From Octopus sinensis (Eukaryota): DNA of 64,000 nt. The notes beneath the pieces are model-generated. The model was not told the origin of the DNA and searched no databases. It was given only the letters and a program-made list of their open reading frames with translations. The stretch covers positions 7,192,001 to 7,256,000 of the forward strand of contig NC_043015.1 in the NCBI RefSeq assembly GCF_006345805.1, given 5' to 3'. Of the stretch, positions 52,246 through 64,000 are shown piece by piece (the stretch's first letter is position 1; each line of letters opens with the position of its first letter). Made by a program: the position numbers and the translations under genes.

Positions 52246-53218
52246 CAAACATAGATATTAGCATAACGAACAAGGAGAGAAAGGGAAAGCGAAAACAGAA
52301 AACGCCTCACTATTGAAACATATAAGTAAACTGATGTCTAGGAAGAATAAGAGGAAATATATCATATTCGGTTTGGATGGCACAGGAACAGTTACTGCAA
52401 AGACGGAAACACTGGCGTAAAATCACACAAGCACAGGCGCAGATAAGCATACAAACACACATTCACACATATACGTTTGCAAAATGGTCGTTACTTTATA
52501 CTGTTTATACATAAATATAATCATACATATATGTAGTGTGTATATCTTTAGAATTGCTTTATATGTGTTTGCGTGCTTGTGTGCATGTATGCATGTTTGC
52601 TTGCATATATGTATATATTTATGTAATGTTGCAAAACATCTGGAAATTACAGAGTAGGGAAAATGATAAGTAACTCGTTGCAAATGCAAATTTATATTTT
52701 AATAGACCGAAGATATGCAACCTACAATTTTTAAGGAAATGTCACGTATAGATCTAAACTTACAATATATTAAATAACATACCAGAAATATCTCGTACGT
52801 CGAAGTATAGAAACAAATTCAACCTCAGTAAATTGGCAATTATAGGCTATGTAACTGTTACCAGCATAACCTTTACAGAGCTTTGGCTGAATTCCCTTGC
52901 AAATAATACAGAAATAATTCATTTCTGTACAGTGCAACATTTACATCTTAATCACATGCGGCTGTCTCATATCAATATTTCTCATTTTCCCTATTTGTGA
53001 CTTGCAGAATAACCACTTCTATTGATATATTCTCACTAATATAGTTCTACTTTGCCAGAAGATTTAATACTTGTCCAAAGCGGTACATTGTAAATTGAAA
53101 AATTGTAGTCCCATGCTGTCTTTCCTTCACCAGTCATTTGTGTGTCAAATGAATAATGGTATGTGGTAAATCTCTTAGTTTCTAGCAAATGCATATATAG
53201 GTGAGTATTACACTGTGG

Positions 53219-53262
<44 letters not shown>

Positions 53263-54228
53263 TGTGTGTGGTGTGTGTATGTGTGTGTGTTTCAGTGTAT
53301 ATATATATATATATATGGTTTAGTGTAATAATGAACGAATAATAAGAGAGTTTGTCGGGAGTGATAATTAATCAACAAAGTGCCTTTTTACCTGTTGTTC
53401 GAGGTGGAGAAGTCGCCACACTCTAGAAAATAAAAAAATACACTAAAAAACATGTAACATCGTATGATGTAGTCACCCAGGTTTATAGGAAGCAAATACT
53501 CCAAAAACTGGTTGATTAACATTAACTATTTAACAACAATTAATATGTGCCAGTTATCTTTAAAGATAACCGTCTCTCAATAAAAGATCACAGGATGAGG
53601 TGTCGGGAATATAATTTAATTAATTCACATCTTTCGTTATTCAATTTGGTTTTTATATGCATAAAGGTGAAGTAAAATATTTGTCTATGTCTATTGCTCT
53701 CATTGTTGGGTTTCTAATATTGTCTAGATAGGGTTTTATTGGAGATGCAATAAGGTAATCGGCAATTTCTATTAAGCCTAAATTAGTTGAATAAACGTGT
53801 CTAATTTAAATTTGATTCTCTAGACATACATAAATACATCAATACCCATATATATGTGTGTTTGTGTGTGTGTATGTGTGTGTGTTAAATTTTATACGAT
53901 TCTTTATTGTGACGATACATATATTTCTATATCTATTTGTTAATATAATAATTATATGTTTAAGATACATACATTTATTTTATTATTTTAGACCTGAAAA
54001 GTGGCTATATTTTTAAATCGAATTAATTTTAAATCCATTTAATTTTGATAGTATCAACTTTATTATTATCGATTTAAAGATATAGTCACGAAACGCGCGT
54101 AGTCAATTTAATGTTTATTTAATTTAGTGATTTTTAAAAATAATATTTAATATGGTATTAAAAATTTATTTCCTATATAATATAATGTCTTTCACTATTG
54201 AATTGCTTAGGAGGTTATTTCTCCTAAT

Positions 54229-54280
<52 letters not shown>

Positions 54281-55142
54281 ATATATTGGTGGGTTTCTAA
54301 TATTGTCTTGATAGGATTTTATCAAATTTAATGTGTGTTTGTGTGTTTGCGGCGCTTCTGGTTATGGAACTAGTATTAGTAGTAGTTGTAGTAGTAGCAG
54401 TAAAAGAAACAAGAACTTTGCGATTTGGTGTTTATTTGATTCCGGTCATGTCACTGTCCAGGCTAATTTATTAAATCACCGAAAGTGTTTAATTCCAATT
54501 TGTCAAAGTTGATTTGACATTTACAGTTTCGGAATGGTAAATAAAGCACGTGATGCAGCCCTTTTGATTCCTCCATGTGTCATAAAAAAAAAAACTGTAA
54601 TGAAACTTTGTCTCACTACCTTCAGACCATTTCGATTTATTTAATTGTACTTTTATTATACAAACTTAAATTCAACATACATTCCGAGATGGAAAATAAA
54701 TTATTTTTCAATTTTACATCTAATTGAGAAAAACATATACACGTATGTTCCATTTATATTTTTATATGACATTACATTCCCCTTAGTTCTTGCTTAATCT
54801 CGACAGATCACGCAAAATATGTCTTACCCTGCCATTCCTTCTATTTATCCACTCATACACATACAGTCCACACGTAAGTGCCTACGTGTGTGTATATAAG
54901 TACGAATATATATATATATATATATATAGATATATGTGTGTGTGTGTGTATGTGTGTGTGTGTAGAGAGAGAGAAATAGATATATACATACATATATACA
55001 ACATATATATATACACATATGTACATATATATATATATACATACGGTATAAATATACATATGTATATATATATATATATATATGTATATATTTATATTAC
55101 GTATAAATGTATAGATACGCACACAGACACACACACACACAG

Positions 55143-55180
<38 letters not shown>

Positions 55181-56509
55181 TATATATATACACACCTTAC
55201 TTTTGTATGTGTTTTATGCTGGTTTTGTATAGCTTACTTTGACTCATTTTAATGGGAAATATTGTGAAAAATATTGCTTAACACGTTACTGAGCAACAGT
55301 ATTTCTGATAGAAAATTCTAAACTTCTAATAAAAAAGAATTGAAAACAAAATTTAAAAAATTAATTTTCAATTTTTTAAAGCGGAACTTTAGAATTTACA
55401 ATTTAGATAGTTAAACACAGCACACGAAACTCTATGCCCTGGAGACTTGTATGTGCTTTACATTAAAAATATATATAGCTAATAATAATTGTTTGTCATT
55501 GCGTTACGTAGCCCGTCGGTAACGCTTTCACGTGGTAAGAGGGAAAAAGGGAGAGGGAAAAAGAGGGAGAAATAAGTGTTCATGATGTGAGGTAGAGGGA
55601 ATGAAATTTCAATACTTTGACGTGATTAGTTGACGGAAAAAAGAAGGAAGAAAAAGGAGAGAGAAAAATAGGAAAAGGCGAAGTGTTGGACGGAAAGAGA
55701 GAGAAAGAAAATGAGGCGTCCATGACGTGAAATAGAGGGAATGTAATTGTAACGCTTTGGCGTGATTAGTTGAAGAAAAAGAGAGGAGAAAGAAAAAGAG
55801 TGAAAGGTAAGTGTTCATGACGTGAGTTAGGGGGAACGTAATATTTATTACGTAGTTAAAAATGTTATTTGAAGGTAGAGGAGGCGGGTTAAACATATAA
55901 GTTTAGCAGTTGACGTCCTGTTAGTGAGAGTAAAGAAAGGCAGAGAGGGAGGGAGAGGGAGAGGATAGAAAGTGGAGAGAGATAGGAAGAGAGAGAGAGA
56001 GGGGGAAAGTGAAATGATGGTGGTGGTGGGAGTAGTGGTGGATGTAGTGATGGTAGTGACTAGATAATTGAAAGTGCATTTTAAAAAATTGAACTACATT
56101 TTTTAGAGCAACTATCACTTAATGCATGCGCATAAATGCCATTCTGTGAAATATTGAAGATAATCTATGTGGCAGTTATGTGCAGTTTAACTAAAGATTG
56201 TACCATATGTACGGGATATTTTTTTGTTTATAGAAAAAATGGAAAAATAATAGTGAATATTTATTATATGAGTGATGTGTATTAAGTCTATAAGATTGTG
56301 CATAAAGTATGTAAAGCGTATATACAAAGTGCAATTAGTAACCATCGTATCCCAATGTCTCTCATTTGTCAATGAGTAGCAGATGAGCGATTCTTCCCAT
56401 ACAGACACTACTCAGATTTCGCTTTTAGGTTTTTTTGGATAAAATTTTCATTAATAACACAATAATTTATTGTGATTTATTGACTGATCCCGATCTTTAA
56501 TAATAATTC

Positions 56510-57280
56510 TTTCTAATTTTGCCATGAGGCCAGAAAACTGTGAGAGCATGTAAGTTGATTACGTCGCCATTTGCGTTCCAGTTGGTATTCATTCGAGAGG
56601 ATAAAAGACAAAGTCGATCTCGTTAAAATTAGAATTCAGAACGGAGGGTGCTATAAGAAAGGCTTTCATGCATTTTGTTCAAGCCAGCTAATGATTATGC
56701 CAGCTACTTGTCTTAATAATGGATTAAAATTTGGTGCCAGGAAGGAAAGTCAAAGTCGATCTCGACAGTCTTTGAACTCAGAACAAAAAGACGGATGAAA
56801 TGCTGTTTTGCATTTTCCCGGTTCGCTAACAATTCTGAAAGCACACCTTTGTAATAATGCCTTCAAATTTTTGCAGAAGGCCAGCAATTTCGTTTATGGA
56901 GTCTAGCCACTTATATCGACTCTAGTACTCAGTTGAAAATAATTTTATCGATCCCGAAAGCATGAAAAGTCAACTTTGGATGAATTTGAACTCAGATCGT
57001 AAAGACTGACGGAATGCTGTGAAGTATTATCCTCGGCGTGCTAACGATTCTGCCATCTCGCCACCATCATAGTTTCTGTAATAATAATGATGATTTCAAA
57101 TTTTGGCAAAAGGCCAATGATTTTGGGGGGCAGGGTAAACCAATAACAAAGACCCACGTATTTAGCTGGTACTTGTTTTATCGATCTTGAAGTGTCGAAT
57201 GTGGTGGAAAAACGAATTCGCAATAAACACGAACGAAATGCCGGTAAGCATTTTCCCGGCAGTCTAACGATTCTGCCGGC
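56510..57280 (-). mobile_element. Four head-to-tail diverged SINE family 2 copies
   Basis: Copies at about 56510-56700, 56716-56850, 56860-57065 and 57095-57280, separated by aataat spacers. Confidence 0.8.
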
Positions 57281-57409
57281 TCATCCTCATATTAACAGTA
57301 GTAGTAGTAGTAGTAGTGACAGCAGCAGCAGTAGTAGTAGCAGCATTAGTAGTAGTAGTACCAGCAGCAGCAGTAGTAGTAGCAATAGCAAAAGCAGCAG
57401 CGATAATGA

Positions 57410-57555
57410 ATTGACTTTCATCATTTGGGGGTATCGACAAAATGAGTAGCAGTTGAGGACGGAGTGGGGCGATGTAATTGAGTTACATTCCTTTCCAGAT
57501 ACCCCCACCCCACCCTATCCATCAACCGAAATTACTGGCCTTGTGCCAAAATTTA
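57410..57555 (+). mobile_element. SINE family 2, 3' fragment in the opposite orientation
   Basis: ttgactttcatcatttgggggtatcgacaaaatgagtagcagttg...ggccttgtgccaaaattt. Confidence 0.7.
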
Positions 57556-58542
57556 TCAGTCATATTTATGCACTTGATATTTCATGTTGTGAAAATCAAT
57601 GTCATAATAAGTTCTAATTTCAACTTGAAAAGTCAAAAGATTACTCCAAGATGAAGATATTCACGCCGCTTTAATATTCTATAGAATCTACATTGCAATA
57701 AGCATAATGATGTATCACTATTCCGGGAAACTTCAACATCGGCAATCAGATGTCATCTGGCATTAGATCTGTAGTGTGAAGAGCTACGAAGTGGTTTACT
57801 TTTAGAACAGAATAGTTTTCGTAGCGTACATTATTGACAAATAATATTTGGTTGCGTGCAAAGTTACTGTACATCACTCACGAAGTATTTTCTAAGTCTT
57901 CATTATTGTTCATAATATATTCCCGGTTGACACTAACATGCATGTATATCAAATGCAAATTATTTGTGTTAAGCTACTTCCTTCACATGTAGACGTTCTA
58001 GTGTCATCTGAAATTTAATTATTGTCGAAGTATCCATGACAGTTTATATGAATATATATAAATATAATTATGAAGTACCATGTATCTTCGACAATAATTA
58101 AATTTTACATGACACTAGAATGTCTACAAGTGAGGGAAGTAGAAACGTATGCTTTAAGAAATTTAAGTCACAAGAGATACTCAAAAGTGCAAGGTGCCCC
58201 AGCACGGCCACAGCCTTCGGGATGAAACGTATAAAAGATATGTATAGGTATATATATATATATATATATATACGTTTAAATATTTGTTGTGCAAGATTTT
58301 TTATGTGAAGTCGTGTAAGTAAGTGAGAAGAAAACAAAGGACCACTGATGCGGTCACAGGAGTGTGACGAAAGAACTTTGGCCGAAATAAGATTAAGATT
58401 AATGTAAAAAATAAATATCACTGAAGCAAAATAACACAAAATATATAGTGCGTGTGTTTTTATTGGCTAAACTGGCAATATGACCATTCCGAAATATAAC
58501 AATATATATATATATATAATATATATATAATATATATATATA

Positions 58543-59064
58543 CTAATGTAGGATAAAATAATTTTCTTTCGAAAAAAAATTTATCAATGGCCAGCATATC
58601 AAAAAATAACTTTAAAGATTAAATTATAAAAAACTTATAAAATAAGGGCAAAAGAAAAATTCTAATGCCAAATATGCCGAAAAAAAGACAAAATTGTCAA
58701 TAACCATTATAATTTATGCGTCTCGAAACAAGTCGATAGAAATTTCTAAAAAATCCATTATTACCGCATTGGTCCCAATTTCGGGGTTAATTCATAAGAA
58801 TTTTCCCCTCTTCATCGATAAATACGTAACACATAAATGGAATACTTACTCATACCCACGGAAAAAGCAAGCGCTAAGTCCTGAGCAGACCTAAGTACCC
58901 CAAATATATCCAAAATAGAAAATCTTCGGCACATCTATTTTCTATTTTGGATATATTTGGGATACTTAGGTCTGCTCATGACTTAGTGCTTGCTTTTTCC
59001 GTGGATATGACTAAGTATTCCATTTATGTATTACGTATTTATCGCTGAAGAGGGGAAAATTCTT
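58543..59064 (-). mobile_element. (TA)n-anchored fold-back element carrying a hammerhead motif (putative PLE pLTR or retrozyme-like)
   Basis: Inverted arms 58796-58923 and 58937-59064 (128 bp, few mismatches, 13 nt loop); left part homologous to 43421-43585. Confidence 0.75.
58761..58821 (-). ncRNA. Type I hammerhead ribozyme motif, probably inactivated by two core substitutions
   Basis: Minus strand: UUAUCG AUGAAGA GGGG AAAAUUCUUAUGAAUUAA CCCC GAAA UUGG GA CCAA U G CGGUAA; stems I, II and III all pair; the inverted copy at 59039-59064 has the intact CUGAAGA. Confidence 0.7.
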
Positions 59065-59400
59065 GCTTTACAGAGTTTAAATCACAAGATATACATAAAC
59101 GTGCGATTCCGGAAAGTTCGTAGTTTTCGTAATATCATTTATTTCCCGGAGAAGTTATACTGTTGGAATGTAGTACTGATATTACATAATAGGTTGAGGC
59201 AGATCCTCATGCGTAAATTCATAAAGCTTAAAGGGAAGTAGGGAGTAAATGTGCAGATTGGTCCTTACAGTTGTTTTAAGAGCAGTTCCTTTGTTGGTGC
59301 ATTTTTCTGAACGTTGTCTACAATCAACATTTAACTAGGGGTCGATTCTTCCTGCAGAGACATATATACATACACACATAGGCATACATATGCACATATA

Positions 59401-59438
<38 letters not shown>

Positions 59439-59585
59439 CATGTATGTTTATATATACAGTCACTGGCACGAAAAACAAACACAACTCTTGAATAACATAT
59501 ATAGCATAATATATGCAATAAAAACAATTATCTGTATTTATGTTTATCTATATGTATATGTATATATCTACATATATATAGATAT

Positions 59586-60201
59586 ATGATGGCTGCCCCC
59601 TCGTTATCGAGTATGGCCATTGCACGAAGCTTAACTGTTATTGGTGCTGTGATCGAATGTGACTTTTATTTGCTTTTTCAGGCTATACAGCCAGCCATTC
59701 AGTTGAAACTCACAGCACCATCAACACTTATTAACAACGTTGTTATCGTGCAATGCCTGTGCAAGAAGATTTTTTTTAAGTAAGGAAAGGCTGTGCACTG
59801 AGTCAATCCCACTCAATAAGCAACAGCAGCCATAATCCGAAAAGAACAAGTCAACATCATTGGTAACCACTGAGCCGCAGGTTTTATGTCGGAGTTATCC
59901 CAGTTACCTGAGTTACCTTCTCCTAGATGGATGCCCTAACAAAGGCTAGGAGTCCTTCACTCCCAATGGTTTAACCGCGCGATCAGGTTTTCAGTCCGAT
60001 TATTTCTGTGTCCCCGCGCATGATACAGCCTTAAGACATTTATTGGATGGCCGTTAACTCTCAAGAATTTCTCCGCCCTTTGACGGGTTTTGTTTTTCAT
60101 CCCGCAGGGGTCCAATAAACACCCTCTTCACTAAGGAAGCTTGGTGGGGTTGCTGGTTTAATCGCCGACGGCACGACCATGCAACAGGTTGTACTGGGTT
60201 A
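59586..60201 (-). mobile_element. About 600 bp non-coding interspersed element, possibly derived from an RTE-clade LINE 5' region
   Basis: GC-richer island abutting (ACAT)n; minus-strand motif gggcatccatctaggagaaggtaactc resembles RTE 5' UTR motifs as I recall them; no ORF. Confidence 0.45.
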
Positions 60202-61181
60202 CATACATACATACGATCATACAAACATACATGCATATATCTATGTATATATATACAGACAAATAGACGTAGTCACTTCAGAAAACACTATGTGATTAAC
60301 CTTAGGTTGATCAGCAAATGATGAATTAATATGTAAGCTGAAGCGATATACTTTACATCAACAGCTTGACAATTATAAAAGGCACTATGTACTCGATACA
60401 CGATATGAAGCATATTGTTCAGATTCAGACTGCATATAATTGTCAATTATCTTACTGTCTTTTTTTCTTTATATTTAAAATGGTTTAATTTTCATTGGCT
60501 GGAATGTAATTTTATATTTAGCACATAGCCTCGCAGACAATAATCTGAGGTGTCAGTATAAATATAAATCGACTGATTTCTACTGAGTGTTTTAGTGAAT
60601 CCTACTGTAATATGAAATGAAATACGTATCTTACCATATCAGTGTAGAAGACAACCACCATGATGTTCTTGATTGCTCTAATTGATTGAACAATATTTGA
60701 TCAACATTGCATTCAATAGAATGTTTATATACTTCAAATTCATGAGATAATTATTCCATACATAAGTCATATTAATTAATATAAAACTGACAGTACAATG
60801 CTGTTTCGGATATTTACGAGAGATATTTGATTTAAGTTCTCGAATTTCAGTTAATATTTAACTAGGTAAATTAAGAACCGTTGCCACGTAAATTATTATA
60901 ATTTTAACATCTGAAACCGTGCAATATGCCGTGAAAGTTTCGAGTATTGGAAAGAAGTGATATATCATTCAGAGTGGACGCGCAATAATTATTCACACGA
61001 ATATTCTGGTACAATACTTATTGTTCACTTACATGTTACTACGCAGAAAAGCTTACAATTCTATCATTAGTCTTCATTCATGATTGCACTAAAGAAATGC
61101 GGGAGGTAACGTCGTTGGCTAATTGCAAAGAATGAACTCTAACAATATATATATATATATATATATGTATATGTATATGTA

Positions 61182-61240
<59 letters not shown>

Positions 61241-61524
61241 AGGTCTAGGCGTGTGTACGTGCGTATGATTATATATATATATATATGTACGCATTTACGT
61301 CTGTCTCTATGTGAATATATGTGTTTTTGTCTGTCAGTCTGCTCGTCGTTATGTATGCATGTTTGTGTATATAGGTATGTGTGTATGTTTGTGTGTATTT
61401 CGCATGAGAGGCTAAGATAAGACGTAATTTGGGCTTCAGGAGACAGGTTCCCACATGAAAATATATCGCCGAAATCAAGTAAGCAGCAAAATTCACACAG
61501 CTATGCTCTAGAGTACAAACACAC

Positions 61525-61555
<31 letters not shown>

Positions 61556-61821
61556 CGCGCGCAAACACCCGCACACACGCACTCACACACGTATATACGT
61601 GCCTTGAAATCCATCATGCAATATATTTTCTAATGAGCAATTAAAAACCTCCATCATCCCCTCCAATTAAATATACGATCCTAATAAGCCTTAAAGTAGA
61701 TTAAAACACGAAAAGAGGTAATCAAACAACACCCGGTCGCACAACATACGCATGCAGACACAAAATCAAACACGCGTGTATATACATGCACATATATACA
61801 TACATATGCATGCATGTATGC

Positions 61822-61863
<42 letters not shown>

Positions 61864-61928
61864 ATAGAAATTGTAAGACAACAAAAGAATGAAAGAGACC
61901 TCAATATTATGTAAATAGAGGAATTTAT

Positions 61929-62099
61929 CTGTAAATATAATATGTGACAATTATTCGGTAGCCATGATAAAACTCCGAGTTTCAGGGGCTAGCATTTTTT
62001 CGATGGCCGGATAACTGAAGATATGGCGGTTTCTGCCCCGATTTCCGAAACTCGGAGTTTTATCATAGCTACCATATAATTGTCACATTATGTTTACAG
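61929..62099 (+). mobile_element. Fold-back element (arms of about 55 bp) with a hammerhead-like motif spanning the spacer and right arm
   Basis: 61929-61983 ctgtaaa...gataaaactccgagtttc pairs with 62047-62099 gaaactcggagttttatc...tttacag. Confidence 0.65.
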
Positions 62100-62321
62100 C
62101 TGTCAGAAACGTCAGCACGCCGGGCGAAATGCGTAGCCGTATTTCGTCTGTCGATACGTTCCGAGTTCAAATTCCGCCGAGGTCGACTTTGCCTTTCATC
62201 CTTTCGGGGTTGATAAATTAAGTACCAGTTACGTACTGGGATCGATGTAATCGACTTAATCCGTTTGTCTGTCCTTGTTTGTCCCCTCTGTGTTTAGCCC
62301 CTTGTGGGTAGTAAAGAAATA
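62097..62321 (+). mobile_element. SINE family 2, young copy (ccccttgtggg tail type)
   Basis: cagcacgccgggcgaaatgcgtagccgtatttcgtctg...gagttcaaattccgccgaggtcgactttgcctttcatcctttcgggg...gtgtttagccccttgtgggtagtaaagaaata. Confidence 0.95.
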
Positions 62322-62332
62322 TATATTTACCG

Positions 62333-62377
<45 letters not shown>

Positions 62378-62380
<3 letters not shown>

Positions 62381-62712
62381 GGGAATAAAACCAAACTTAC
62401 AGGGAAAAATCAGATTTAGGATTGAATCCAATTTTATAGTAAAATATTATATTATATTAAATTAGAGATAAAACCACTATTAGGCAAATCATACAATGAA
62501 AAACTTAAGCCATACATAAGGTTATTTAATTATATTAATTATATTAATTTATATTATTTAATATATAACAAAATTTTAAAAAAAAATATATGTTATATAT
62601 TTAAATAATACAAATTAATATTATTAATATAATTAAATAACCTTATTATTGGCTTCAGTTTTTCATTGTATGATTTGCCTATAGTGGTTTTATCTCTAAT
62701 TTAATATAATAT
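62378..62712 (-). mobile_element. (TA)n-flanked fold-back element of a second sequence family
   Basis: Arms 62449-62570 and 62591-62712 (aaattagagataaaaccactat...aaatcatacaatgaaaaac versus gtttttcattgtatgattt...atagtggttttatctctaattt); TA runs on both sides. Confidence 0.75.
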
Positions 62713-62727
62713 ATATATATATATAAA

Positions 62728-62765
<38 letters not shown>

Positions 62766-63679
62766 TCACTGCAAACTTGCGGTCTTTCCTACGAATGCCA
62801 TTCTTTTGTGGCAGCATGTTCTTATCATCAATAGAGTAATTACATACCACTGGACAGATTTCTTCGTTCATTTTTTCGCATTTCCTACAGCAGTTACAAC
62901 TAAAAGAATTGCCTAACCGCCTACGATAAACTACACACTCGCTATACTTCATTACAGAGAAGCTTACCAAATGCAGTCCGTGCTTGTAATATTTTGCAAC
63001 ATTGCATTTATTATTAAAACAATATTTAAATCTCGCACTAACTAAACAAGGATTGATAGGAGTCTCTCTGCAATCAATACAGTATTTATATATAATCAGG
63101 TTATTATTGTTAGCATTAATTTAAGTAGCACGTTTCCCATCACTACTCTTTCAAAATTTTCCATATTTATAATAGATAACGAAATTTCACATTAGCCTTT
63201 ACATCGCATGCAGTTGTATTCAACGACATAGAATATATGCATCATAGCATTAAGTGAAGTGAACAATAGACTTTTGTTTGGACTTTCAAGAAATGGATAT
63301 TATCTTCCATAATATTATTTCATTAGTCATATCTAACACTAATAATCATAGGCGATCAAGTTTTTGCTGATGTTTTCAATCTACAAAAGGCTTCCATTAT
63401 TTGTGATAAAGCGCTAACTCTATTATGAAATATAACATATTTGTTTGTTTATCATTAATACTACATTATTTTTTGTTTAAATTTGATTCTTTGTATTTTT
63501 GATAATAACATTAATAAGTGTAACAATAACAGTAAAGACTAATACGATCAAAAGAACAGGAAATGAAATAAAATACAAGCTACAATAATATTATTATTAT
63601 TATCATCATAATCTTCATTATTCAATTACTGTTGTCTCATCAATAATAAAGATGACAATACAACAACTATATTAAAAAC

Positions 63680-63684
63680 AACGA

Positions 63685-63754
<70 letters not shown>

Positions 63755-64000
63755 CTGAAGAACAGGAATGAAAATATGAAGACCAAAATAATGATAATAA
63801 TATCAACAAGAAAAAAACAAAACAACAGCAACAACAATAATAATCATCGACATCATCATCATCGCAATCTTCATCATGTTGTTGTTGTCATTACTGTTCT
63901 TATCATAATCATCAAAATTATTATTATTATTGTTGTTGTTGTTACTGTTCTTATCATAATCATCAACATTATTATTATTATTCTCATTATCGTTATTATT
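63680..64000. repeat. (TAC)/(TAA)/(CAT)/(GTT) compound trinucleotide tract
   Basis: Directly visible; ttactgttcttatcataatcatcaa is tandemly duplicated at about 63892 and 63942. Confidence 0.9.

Noticed and set aside
53708-54324. About 35 bp duplicated segment gggtttctaatattgtct.gatagg.ttttat at 53708 and 54291
   Set aside because: Too short to assign; probably fragments of a repeat next to TA tracts.

Overview
AT-rich, microsatellite-saturated animal genomic DNA, most likely an octopus or other coleoid cephalopod. That assignment is inferred from the repeat families (two abundant tRNA-headed SINE families, many Dong/R4-clade LINE remnants next to (TAA)n, mariner MITEs, very dense (TA)n/(CA)n/(GATA)n/(AAT)n/(CAT)n tracts). 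I recognise no intact protein-coding gene; nearly all ORFs in the track are translated microsatellites or decayed transposons, so the window looks intronic or intergenic. It contains at least eight Dong/R4 fragments, more than 20 SINE copies, mariner, DD37D/maT, hAT, Helitron-like and RTE-like relics, Penelope-like (PLE) GIY-YIG remnants, and a 100-N assembly gap at 50332-50431. The most interesting signal is a set of short non-coding fold-back elements anchored on (TA)n tracts (43421-43687, 58543-59064, 62378-62712, and a related fold-back at 61929-62099). One contains a clearly foldable type I hammerhead-ribozyme motif (58761-58821, minus strand), and further hammerhead-like motifs occur at 41127-41179 and 62010-62064. 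This suggests a PLE-related, ribozyme-bearing non-autonomous retroelement system. All alignments and folds were done by eye and are not computed.
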